A stretch of DNA of 64,000 nucleotides from Acidimicrobiia bacterium (GCA_035637335.1 DASPXI010000046.1:1311-65310), one strand, 5' to 3'; positions 36,569-44,483 are shown, counted from the first letter of the stretch. Notes: generated by a model not told the origin, from the sequence alone. Program-made: numbers and translations.

Positions 36569-36577
36569 CGCTCGGCG

Positions 36578-37402
36578 ATGAACGAGCGCCCGCTTCCTGT
36601 GTTCGGGCCCGAATTCGACCCGGGACCGTCGTTCGTCGAGTTGCTGCGCCGGCTCGGTCCGTCCGAAGCAGTCGCTGCCGCATCGACCCAGGGACCAGGA
36701 AGCCAAGCACCTCAGCTCGAGCTGACGCACGGCACCACGGTCGTGGCCATTCGGTACGCGGACGGTGTCGTGCTCGCAGGCGACCGGCGCGCAACCGCGG
36801 GCACCCAAATCGCCAGCCGGCGCATCGAGAAGGTGTTCCGCGCCGATCGCCACTCCGGTGTCGCGATCGCAGGTGTTGCCGGACCCGGCGCCGAGATGGT
36901 GCGGCTGTTCCAGACCCAGCTCGAGCACTACGAGAAGATCGAAGGCGAGCCTCTCTCGCTCGAAGGCAAGGCGAACCAGCTCTCGCAGATGGTTCGGGCG
37001 AACTTCCCCGCTGCGCTCCAGGGGCTCGTCGTCGTACCGCTGTTCGCCGGGTACGACGAGCGGCGGGGCAACGGCCGCGTGTTCAGCTTCGACCCCACCG
37101 GCGGCAAGTACGAAGAGGCGGACTTCCAGGCCAACGGCTCCGGTGGCGTCCACGCCAAGAACTGGATCAAGGCACAGTGGCGCGAAGGTCTCAGTGCGGA
37201 CGAAGCCACCGACCTCGCGGTACGTGCGCTGTTCGCGGCCGCCGACGAGGACATCGCGACCGGCGGCCCCGACCTCGTGCGACGCATCTTTCCGACCGTC
37301 GCCGTGATCAACCCCGACGGGTATCGGGGTCTGACCGACGACGAGGTCGGCCAGCGCGCCCAAACGCTCCTCGGCGGGCGAGAGGAGGGCGCGGGACTAT
37401 GA
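36578..37402 (+). CDS. prcB: 20S proteasome beta subunit with propeptide
   Basis: 274 aa. Processing site ...LTHG/TTVVAIRY, with catalytic Thr1 after the propeptide. Confidence 0.92.
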   Translation: MNERPLPVFGPEFDPGPSFVELLRRLGPSEAVAAASTQGPGSQAPQLELTHGTTVVAIRYADGVVLAGDRRATAGTQIASRRIEKVFRADRHSGVAIAGVAGPGAEMVRLFQTQLEHYEKIEGEPLSLEGKANQLSQMVRANFPAALQGLVVVPLFAGYDERRGNGRVFSFDPTGGKYEEADFQANGSGGVHAKNWIKAQWREGLSADEATDLAVRALFAAADEDIATGGPDLVRRIFPTVAVINPDGYRGLTDDEVGQRAQTLLGGREEGAGL

Positions 37403-38082
37403 CGATGCCCTTCTACGTGTCGCCCGAGCAGGTCATGAAGGACCGCGCCGACTACGCGCGCAAAGGCATCGCGCGCGGCCGCAGCCTCATTGCCCTCGAA
37501 GCGACAGACGGCATCGTCATCGTCGCCGAAAATCCTTCGCGCACGCTCTATAAGACCAGCGAGATCTACGACCGCATCGCGTTCGCCGGCGTCGGCAAGT
37601 ACAACGAGTTCGAGATGCTCAAGATCGCGGGCGTCCGGCAGGCGGACCTCAGGGGGTACTCGTACTCACGCGAGGACGTCAACGCCCGCTCGCTCGCCAA
37701 CGCATACGCGCAGACGCTCGGGCAGGTGTTCACCCACGAGATGAAGCCGTACGAGGTCGAGATCCTCGTCGCCCAGGTCGGCGACACCCAAGCGGATGAT
37801 GAGTTCTTCCACATCCTGTACGACGGCACCGTGCAGGACGAAGAGGGGTACACGGTTCTCGGCGGGCAGGCCGAGAGCATCGCCGAGATGCTCGAGGCTC
37901 GGTACGAGACAGGGCTGTCGGCGTCCGACGCCATCAAGCTCGGCGCGTCCGTGCTCGGGGAGAGCGACGGGCAGCCGCTCACTCCCGAGCAGCTCGAGGT
38001 TGCCGTGCTCCAGCGTGGCTTGCCAGGACGTTCGTTTCGGCGGATCAAAGGCGACGAACTGGCACGCACGCTCGCCGCCTAG
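37399..38082 (+). CDS. prcA: 20S proteasome alpha subunit
   Basis: MTMPFYVSPEQVMKDRADYARKGIARGRS... ATGA overlap with prcB. Confidence 0.92.
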   Translation: MTMPFYVSPEQVMKDRADYARKGIARGRSLIALEATDGIVIVAENPSRTLYKTSEIYDRIAFAGVGKYNEFEMLKIAGVRQADLRGYSYSREDVNARSLANAYAQTLGQVFTHEMKPYEVEILVAQVGDTQADDEFFHILYDGTVQDEEGYTVLGGQAESIAEMLEARYETGLSASDAIKLGASVLGESDGQPLTPEQLEVAVLQRGLPGRSFRRIKGDELARTLAA

Positions 38083-38104
38083 GGCGCGGTCGACCCGCGC
38101 CGCC

Positions 38105-38449
38105 TCAGACGAAGCGGGCGTAGAGGATCAGCGGCGCGGCCACGGCCGCGGCGAGCGACGCCAGCGCCGCACCCCGAGCCCAGGGGCCGGGTGTCGTCCT
38201 GGTGCCACCCCATTCGCGCGGAGCCGCGAGAGCGGCATCCACCTCATCGACGAGCAGCACGAGACGCGCGTCCTCCATCTGATCCGAAGGGACGTACACC
38301 TCGACCCGGGCCATGTCACCGACGGTCAGTAGGTACGGCCCGTCGACGGGGCCTCGTAGCTCGGCCTCGATGCCTTCGGAGCGCAGACGGGCCCGTAGCA
38401 CATGGGCCGAGAACGACCCACTGACCCAGGTGAGGCGCTGCATCGGCAT
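38105..38449 (-). CDS. Hypothetical protein with a C-terminal TM helix (DUF2007-like N-domain)
   Basis: Track ORF of 114 aa. Convergent with prcA and divergent from pafA. Confidence 0.5.
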   Translation of the reverse strand: MPMQRLTWVSGSFSAHVLRARLRSEGIEAELRGPVDGPYLLTVGDMARVEVYVPSDQMEDARLVLLVDEVDAALAAPREWGGTRTTPGPWARGAALASLAAAVAAPLILYARFV

Positions 38450-38531
38450 GGATTCTCCCTTGCCGCGGTCCGCGGACGCGATCCTACGGCGTACGGGGGC
38501 GAACCGGCGCGGAAAGTGGCCCCGGTGCCAG

Positions 38532-38537
38532 TACGCT
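38532..38537 (+). promoter_or_regulatory. Candidate -10 box (TACGCT) for pafA
   Basis: TANNNT hexamer ending 7 nt before box 1 of copy C (10 nt before its GACGG core). Confidence 0.35.
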
Positions 38538-38544
38538 CCGCGCG

Positions 38545-38598
38545 GGGACGGCGGCTTTGCTGACCGTCACCGCAAAGCCGGAGCTTGCGACGGCGACA
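38545..38598 (+). promoter_or_regulatory. Three-box leader element, copy C
   Basis: GGGACGGCGGCTTTGCTGACCGTCACCGCAAAGCCGGAGCTTGCGACGGCGACA. It is followed by GGAGGAA and the pafA GTG. Confidence 0.65.
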
Positions 38599-38608
38599 AT
38601 GGAGGAAC

Positions 38609-39967
38609 GTGGAGCGCCGAATCTTCGGTCTCGAGAACGAGTACGGGGTCACGTGCACGCTTCGCGGCCAGCGTCGCCTGAGCCCCGACGAGGTGGCGCG
38701 CTATCTGTTCCGCCGCGTCGTCTCGTGGGGTCGGTCCAGCAACGTGTTCCTGGAGAACGGCGCCCGGCTCTACCTGGACGTGGGCAGCCACCCCGAGTAC
38801 GCCACGCCCGAGTGCGATTCGATCGACGACCTCGTCGTGCACGACAAAGCGGGCGAGCGAATCCTCGAAGGTCTCGTACGCAGCGCGGAGCAGCGCCTGC
38901 GCGAAGAAGGCATCCGAGGCGAGGTGTTCCTGTTCAAGAACAACACCGACTCGGCCGGCAACTCCTACGGCTGCCATGAGAACTACCTCGTCGAGCGCGA
39001 CGGCGACTTCGCCAAGTTCACCGACGTGCTCATCCCGTTCCTGGTGACCCGGCAGGTCTATGCGGGCGCAGGAAAGGTTCTCCAGACCGCCCGTGGGGCC
39101 ATGTATTGCGTCAGCCAGCGGGCCGAGCACATCTGGGAGGGCGTGTCCAGCGCCACGACCCGGTCCCGACCGATCATCAACACGCGTGACGAGCCTCATG
39201 CCGACGCCGAGCGCTTCCGGCGACTGCACGTGATCGTCGGCGACTCGAACATGAGCGAGTACACGACGTTCCTGAAGATCGGCGCGACCTCGGTGGTCCT
39301 GAGGATGCTCGAAGAGGACGCCAGCCCTTGGCGTGATCTCACGCTCGAGAACCCGATCCGCGCCATCCGCGAGATCAGCCACGACCTGACCTGCCGCCGC
39401 CGGGTGCGTCTCGCCAACGGCCGCGAGCTGTCGGCGATCGAGATCCAGGCCGAGTACCTCAACCGCGCGCTGCGCTTCGCCAAGCGCCGCGGGCTCGCGC
39501 CGCTCGAGGAGCAGGCGTTGCGTATGTGGGAGCAGGCCATGGTCCGCCTGCAGGACGACCCGCTGTCCCTCGACACCGAGGTCGACTGGGTCATCAAGTA
39601 CCACCTCATCGAGGCGTACCGGAAGCGACACGACCTTCCGCTGACGCACCCGCGTATCGCCTTGCTCGACCTCTCGTATCACGACGTGACGCGCGCGCGT
39701 TCGCTCTACTACCTCCTCGAGCGACGCGGACAGCTCCAGCGCACCGTTCGGGACAGGGACATCGAGAATGCGGTGACGACCCCTCCCCAGACCACCCGAG
39801 CCCGACTTCGGGGCGCGTTCATCAAGCGGGCCAAGGAGCGCAAGCGTGACTACACGGTCGACTGGGTCCACCTGAAGCTGAACGACCAGGCCCAGCGCAC
39901 CGTCCTCTGCAAGGACCCGTTCAAAGCGCGCGACGACCGCGTCGAGCGGCTCATCTCTTCGCTGTAG
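38609..39967 (+). CDS. pafA: Pup--protein ligase PafA
   Basis: [16 protein letters not shown]...[47 protein letters not shown] closely matches my recollection of mycobacterial PafA. GTG 38609 is chosen over the track TTG 38585, which lies inside the leader element. Confidence 0.92.
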   Translation: MERRIFGLENEYGVTCTLRGQRRLSPDEVARYLFRRVVSWGRSSNVFLENGARLYLDVGSHPEYATPECDSIDDLVVHDKAGERILEGLVRSAEQRLREEGIRGEVFLFKNNTDSAGNSYGCHENYLVERDGDFAKFTDVLIPFLVTRQVYAGAGKVLQTARGAMYCVSQRAEHIWEGVSSATTRSRPIINTRDEPHADAERFRRLHVIVGDSNMSEYTTFLKIGATSVVLRMLEEDASPWRDLTLENPIRAIREISHDLTCRRRVRLANGRELSAIEIQAEYLNRALRFAKRRGLAPLEEQALRMWEQAMVRLQDDPLSLDTEVDWVIKYHLIEAYRKRHDLPLTHPRIALLDLSYHDVTRARSLYYLLERRGQLQRTVRDRDIENAVTTPPQTTRARLRGAFIKRAKERKRDYTVDWVHLKLNDQAQRTVLCKDPFKARDDRVERLISSL

Positions 39968-39974
39968 CCGCGTT

Positions 39975-40008
39975 GGCGGACACGGGCGGGCTGCCACCGG
40001 TGTCCGCC
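39975..40008 (+). terminator. Stem-loop downstream of pafA
   Basis: GGCGGACAC-N16-GTGTCCGCC, a 9-bp perfect stem. It is followed by CCTCCTGCGGGTTTCC. Confidence 0.4.
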
Positions 40009-40029
40009 CCTCCTGCGGGTTTCCGCCCC

Positions 40030-40035
40030 TAACCT
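40030..40035 (+). promoter_or_regulatory. Candidate -10 box (TAACCT), 6 nt upstream of the DUF3866 ATG (leaderless geometry)
   Basis: CTAACCTCCAGTC-ATG, with no Shine-Dalgarno. Confidence 0.35.
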
Positions 40036-40041
40036 CCAGTC

Positions 40042-41109
40042 ATGCCGTCGTTTCGGTCGGGGAAGGTGACGCGGCTGCTCGTCGAGCGGCCGGGGTTGCA
40101 GCGCGTCGAAGTCGATCTCGGCGAGGGCCCCGAGCCGGCGTATGTGCTGACGCAGCTGACCGGGACCGTGGCAGTGGGTGATCGGATCGTCGTCAACACC
40201 ACCGCCGTCGAGCTCGGGCTCGGCACGGGCGGCTGGCACGTCGTGCACTGGAACCTCGAACGCGAGTCGTGGGCGGAGCGGGGACCGGGGCACATCATCA
40301 AGGGCCGCTACACGAGCCTCCAAGCCGACGTCGGCAGCACCGAAGAGCACCTCGAAGAGCTGGCCGCGGTCGAGTCGGTCGACGGTATGCCGGTCGTGGC
40401 CGCAGCGCTGCACAGTCAGCTCGCGGCGGCGGCCGTCGCGTTCAAGGAGCGCGCGCCTGACGCGCGGCTGGTGTACGTGATGACCGATGGCGCCGGGCTA
40501 CCGCTCGCGCTGTCGGACCTGGTGTTCGCGCTTCGAGAACGCGGGCTCGTCGACGCCACCGTGACGTGCGGTCACGCCTTCGGCGGTGACTTCGAAGCCG
40601 TGTCGATCTTCTCCGCACTCGCAGTCGCCAGACACGCCGCTGGCGCCGACGCAGTGGTCGTCGCGATGGGACCGGGCATCGTGGGTACGAACAGCCGGCT
40701 CGGATTCTCGGGTATGGAGGTGGGTTCGATCCTCGACGCCGCCGTCGCCCTCGGTGGACAGCCCATCGCTTGCTTGCGGGTCTCGTTCGCCGATCCTCGG
40801 GCGCGCCACGTCGGGCTCTCGCACCACTCCCGTACGGCGCTGCGGCTCGCGTGTCGCGAGCGAGTGGCGGTGGCCGTTCCGAACCTCGCCGGCGATCACG
40901 GCACCCGCCTCCGGGCCGACCTCGAGGACGCGGGCATCGAGCAGCGCCACGATCTGATCGAAGTGACGCCGCCGGACGTGCTCGACCTGTTCGAGCGCCA
41001 CGCCCTCGAGGTCACCTCGATGGGCCGAGCGGCCGCCGACGACCCCGCCCTGTTCCTCGCGGCGGCCGCGGCCGGAGTGCTGGCCGCCGATCGTGCGCGC
41101 CCGCGATGA
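40042..41109 (+). CDS. DUF3866 family protein
   Basis: 355 aa. The N-terminus MPSFRSGKVTRLL...VNTTAVELGLGTGGWHVV matches my recollection of the DUF3866 family. It sits between pafA and pafBC. Confidence 0.7.
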   Translation: MPSFRSGKVTRLLVERPGLQRVEVDLGEGPEPAYVLTQLTGTVAVGDRIVVNTTAVELGLGTGGWHVVHWNLERESWAERGPGHIIKGRYTSLQADVGSTEEHLEELAAVESVDGMPVVAAALHSQLAAAAVAFKERAPDARLVYVMTDGAGLPLALSDLVFALRERGLVDATVTCGHAFGGDFEAVSIFSALAVARHAAGADAVVVAMGPGIVGTNSRLGFSGMEVGSILDAAVALGGQPIACLRVSFADPRARHVGLSHHSRTALRLACRERVAVAVPNLAGDHGTRLRADLEDAGIEQRHDLIEVTPPDVLDLFERHALEVTSMGRAAADDPALFLAAAAAGVLAADRARPR

Positions 41110-41160
41110 CGGCGGCTTTGCCGACCGTCATCGCAGGAGCCGGAGCTCGCGACGGCGACA
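41106..41160 (+). promoter_or_regulatory. Three-box leader element, copy D
   Basis: ATGACGGCGGCTTTGCCGACCGTCATCGCAGGAGCCGGAGCTCGCGACGGCGACA. Box 1 contains the DUF3866 stop codon. The element ends 8 nt before the pafB ATG. Confidence 0.65.
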
Positions 41161-41168
41161 GGTAGCGC

Positions 41169-42098
41169 ATGATCGACCGGCTCGAGCGGCTCACCAATCT
41201 CGTCGCCACGCTGCTCGACACGCGGCGGCCGCTCACGCTGGACGAGATCGTCGAGCTCGTGCCCGGCTACCCGGACGACAAGCTCGCGCATCGCCGTCAG
41301 TTCGAGCGCGACAAGGAGACACTGCGGGGCATCGGAATCCCGGTCCGGCTCGAGCCGGTCGACGACCTCGGTCCGGAGCAGGGATATCGCATCCCGCCCG
41401 ACGAGTACTACCTGCCACCACTGGACCTCACGCCGGATGAGCAGGCGGCGCTGCACGTCGCGGTGACTGCGGTGCGCCTCGAGGGAGGGCCCGCGCCGGC
41501 AGAGGCGCTGTGGAAGCTCGGCGGCCGGGAAGGTGAAGCCGCGAACGCCCTGGCCGCGTTGCCGACCGTGTCGGCGCTGCCCGCGCTGTTCGACGCGTAC
41601 CGCTCGCGGGCGGCGGTGACGTTCACGTATCGGGGCGAGCTGCGGCGCGTCGACCCGTGGGGGATCCTGTTCCGGCGCGGGCACTGGTACGTCGTCGGCC
41701 ACGACCACGACCGCGGCGATCGCCGGTCGTTTCGCGTGGACCGCATCGAAGGGGATGTCGAGACGGGTCCGGCCCGGGCATTCGAGCCGCCGGCCCACCT
41801 CGAGCCGGCGGCGCTGCTCGGCGACGAACCCTGGCGTTACGGCGACGAGGAGGTCGTCTCCGCCCGCGTTGCAGTCGACGCCGCGCAAGCCGCGGCGATC
41901 GTGGAGCAGGTCGGTGAGGATGCGGTCGTCGAACGTCGAGACGACGGGAGCGTCGTGGTGGAGCTCTCGGTCACGAACACCGCTGCTTTCAGATCGTTCG
42001 TCCTCGGGCTCCTGGACGCCGCGGAGGTCATCTCCCCCCCGGAGCTCCGCGACGAGATGCGCGCCTGGCTCGACGCGCTCGCTCGGAGCGACACGTGA
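41169..42098 (+). CDS. pafB: HTH-WYL transcriptional regulator PafB
   Basis: 309 aa with an N-terminal wHTH (LTLDEIVELVPGY) and a WYL domain (RRGHWYVVGHD). Position is right after pafA. Confidence 0.85.
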   Translation: MIDRLERLTNLVATLLDTRRPLTLDEIVELVPGYPDDKLAHRRQFERDKETLRGIGIPVRLEPVDDLGPEQGYRIPPDEYYLPPLDLTPDEQAALHVAVTAVRLEGGPAPAEALWKLGGREGEAANALAALPTVSALPALFDAYRSRAAVTFTYRGELRRVDPWGILFRRGHWYVVGHDHDRGDRRSFRVDRIEGDVETGPARAFEPPAHLEPAALLGDEPWRYGDEEVVSARVAVDAAQAAAIVEQVGEDAVVERRDDGSVVVELSVTNTAAFRSFVLGLLDAAEVISPPELRDEMRAWLDALARSDT

Positions 42099-43039
42099 GC
42101 CCGCGGCCGCTGCCCGGCCCCCGGCTCCGGCGCGTGCTCGCGCTCGTGCCCTGGATCGCCGAGCACCCCGGCGCCGCCCTCACCGACATCGCGGCGCGCT
42201 TCGGGGTGTCGGAGGTAGGCCTCGAACACGACCTCGGGCTCTTGCCGATGTGCGGACTCCCGCCCTACACACCCGATCGGCTCATCGAGGTCGAGATCGT
42301 CGACGGCCACGTGTGGATCCGGTTCGCCGAGTACTTCGAACGTCCGCTGCGGCTGTCGGCTGAGGAAGGCCTCGCCCTGCTCGCAGCGGGCCGCGCGTTG
42401 CTGGCAGTTCCGGGATCCGACGAGCACGGCGCGCTCGCCACTGCGCTCGAAAAGCTCGCTCGAGTCGTCGGCGCTGCCGACGGGCTCGCGGTCGAGGTGG
42501 GGGAGCCGCCGTTCCTCGATGCCTTGCGTCGGGCCACCGATGCGAACGAGCGCGTCGAGATCGACTACTACTCGTTCGGACGCGACGCCACGACGACCCG
42601 CCAGATCGACCCGCAGTCGGTGTTCCACGCCTTCGGCCACTGGTACGCGGCTGCCTACTGCCATCAGGCGGCCGACGAGCGTCTGTTCCGTTTGGATCGC
42701 ATCCGCGCCGTTCGACCGACCGGGAGCCACTTCGAGCCGCCGGCCCGTGAGGACGCGGCCCATTTCGCGAACACCGTGTATCACCCACGCGCCGAGGACC
42801 CACGAGTCACGCTCGAGCTCGCTTCGGAGGCGGCGTGGGTGGTGGAGAGCTACCCGTCCGAGGAGGCGCAAGAGAGGCCCGACGGCTCGTGGCGGGTCGT
42901 CCTTGCGGTCAGCGAACGAGCGTGGCTGGAACGGCTGCTCCTCCAGCTGGGGCCGGCGGCCCGGGTGATGGCGCCCCCCGGGCTACGAGCAGTCGGGGCG
43001 GAAGCCGCGAAAAGGCTCCTCACCCGCTACCGCCGGTGA
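42095..43039 (+). CDS. pafC: HTH-WYL transcriptional regulator PafC
   Basis: 314 aa with a GTGA overlap with pafB. WYL-type motif FGHWYAAAYC. Confidence 0.85.
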   Translation: MSPRPLPGPRLRRVLALVPWIAEHPGAALTDIAARFGVSEVGLEHDLGLLPMCGLPPYTPDRLIEVEIVDGHVWIRFAEYFERPLRLSAEEGLALLAAGRALLAVPGSDEHGALATALEKLARVVGAADGLAVEVGEPPFLDALRRATDANERVEIDYYSFGRDATTTRQIDPQSVFHAFGHWYAAAYCHQAADERLFRLDRIRAVRPTGSHFEPPAREDAAHFANTVYHPRAEDPRVTLELASEAAWVVESYPSEEAQERPDGSWRVVLAVSERAWLERLLLQLGPAARVMAPPGLRAVGAEAAKRLLTRYRR

Positions 43040-43080
43040 TCCCGCCGCGTGCGAGGATGGGCGCCCGTGAAGTTGGCTCC

Positions 43081-43755
43081 ATGACCGAGCTCGACCAGGG
43101 CGTCGACGCGTCCACGTCTCCACCCAGAGCCGAGACGATCGAGACCCCTTCGCGCCCGCAGACCGGGCAGCCGGCGAAGCCGGCGCCCGCCAAACGCAAG
43201 ACGCGTCGAGCGATCATCGAGTGGGCGATCCTGATCGGAAGCGCGCTGCTCATCGCGCTCCTGATCAAGACGTTCCTGTTCCAGGCGTTCTACATCCCAT
43301 CAGAGTCGATGAAGCCGACCCTGAACGTCGGTGATCGGGTCCTCGTCAACAAGTTGAGTTACCGCGTGCACGACGTGAATCGCGGCGACATCGTCGTGTT
43401 CGAGACGCCTCCGAAGGCGAAGGACGCGAACGGCAAGATCAAGGACCTCGTGAAGCGCGTGGTCGGGCTGCCGGGGGAGACGCTGGAGGCGCACAACGGC
43501 GTCGTGTTCGTCAACGGCCGCCAGCTCGACGAGCCCTACTTGCAGAATGGTGTCAAGACGTGTGCACTCAACTCGAGCCCTGGGACCTGTGGCGATCTCC
43601 CGGCGACGACGGTTCCCTCTGATGACGTGTTCGTGATGGGTGACAACCGCACCGCGTCGAAGGACTCGCGAGCCTTCGGTGCGATCACGGAATCGTCGAT
43701 CGTGGGCCGCGTGTTCGTGCGGATCTGGCCGGTCACGGACCTCGGTTTTCTCTAG
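43081..43755 (+). CDS. lepB: Signal peptidase I
   Basis: SESMKPTL (catalytic Ser box) and GDNRTASKDSR (Lys box). ATG 43057 is an alternative start. Confidence 0.85.
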   Translation: MTELDQGVDASTSPPRAETIETPSRPQTGQPAKPAPAKRKTRRAIIEWAILIGSALLIALLIKTFLFQAFYIPSESMKPTLNVGDRVLVNKLSYRVHDVNRGDIVVFETPPKAKDANGKIKDLVKRVVGLPGETLEAHNGVVFVNGRQLDEPYLQNGVKTCALNSSPGTCGDLPATTVPSDDVFVMGDNRTASKDSRAFGAITESSIVGRVFVRIWPVTDLGFL

Positions 43756-44483
43756 CGGTCCCGGTCGGGGTCGCGCGACCCGGCCCAGTCGGCGACGGTC
43801 GCCACCATGCGAGCGACGTCATCGCAATAGACCGCGTCGACATCCATGCCCAGCATCGCTCTCAGGTGGCGAACTTGCTGCACGTCCCACGCGAAGGCGC
43901 GCACCTCGAAGCGGTGGAACAGCGCGACGAGGCCCGCGGTCCACTCCGTGTAGTGGAGGTTGATCGCGTCGATGCCTGACTCGGCGAGGGTCGCGGCGTG
44001 ACGTTCGAGCGAGGCCTCGATGTGCCGGCGCCGGCGCGAGTGCACGAGCTTCACGTCGGGCATGGTCCGGCGAAGCTCGGCGAGGAAGCGGACGCTCGGA
44101 TGGCAGAGCCACAGCCGGCCCGGCGCGCCGTCGCCCGCCGCCCTCGCCAGCTGGACGATGGGCTCGGCTGCGGCCCGATCCTTCACGTCGATCGACAGCT
44201 CGAAGTCCGAACCGAGCTCGGCGTAGAGGTCGGCCAATCGCGGTACGTCGAATCGGGCGAGCTCCTCGGCGCCCGTCCGGGTGACGTTGCGACGACGCAG
44301 GCCCCGGCGGATCACGCGGTCGTGCGCCAACACGACCTCGCGGTCACCGGACAGCCAGGCGTCGGTCTCGAGGCCTCGAGCGCCCTGCTCGAGCGCACGT
44401 CGGAACGCGGGCAGCGTGTTCTCAGGCGCCTCGGTCCGGGCGCCGCGGTGGGCGAAGGTGATCGGTGGCACGACTGACGGCAT
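43752..44483 (-). CDS. Glycerophosphodiester phosphodiesterase family protein
   Basis: FAHRGARTEAPENTLPAF and ETDAWLS motifs. ATG 44483 is chosen. The track N-terminal extension lies antisense to tatA. Confidence 0.8.
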   Translation of the reverse strand: MPSVVPPITFAHRGARTEAPENTLPAFRRALEQGARGLETDAWLSGDREVVLAHDRVIRRGLRRRNVTRTGAEELARFDVPRLADLYAELGSDFELSIDVKDRAAAEPIVQLARAAGDGAPGRLWLCHPSVRFLAELRRTMPDVKLVHSRRRRHIEASLERHAATLAESGIDAINLHYTEWTAGLVALFHRFEVRAFAWDVQQVRHLRAMLGMDVDAVYCDDVARMVATVADWAGSRDPDRDR

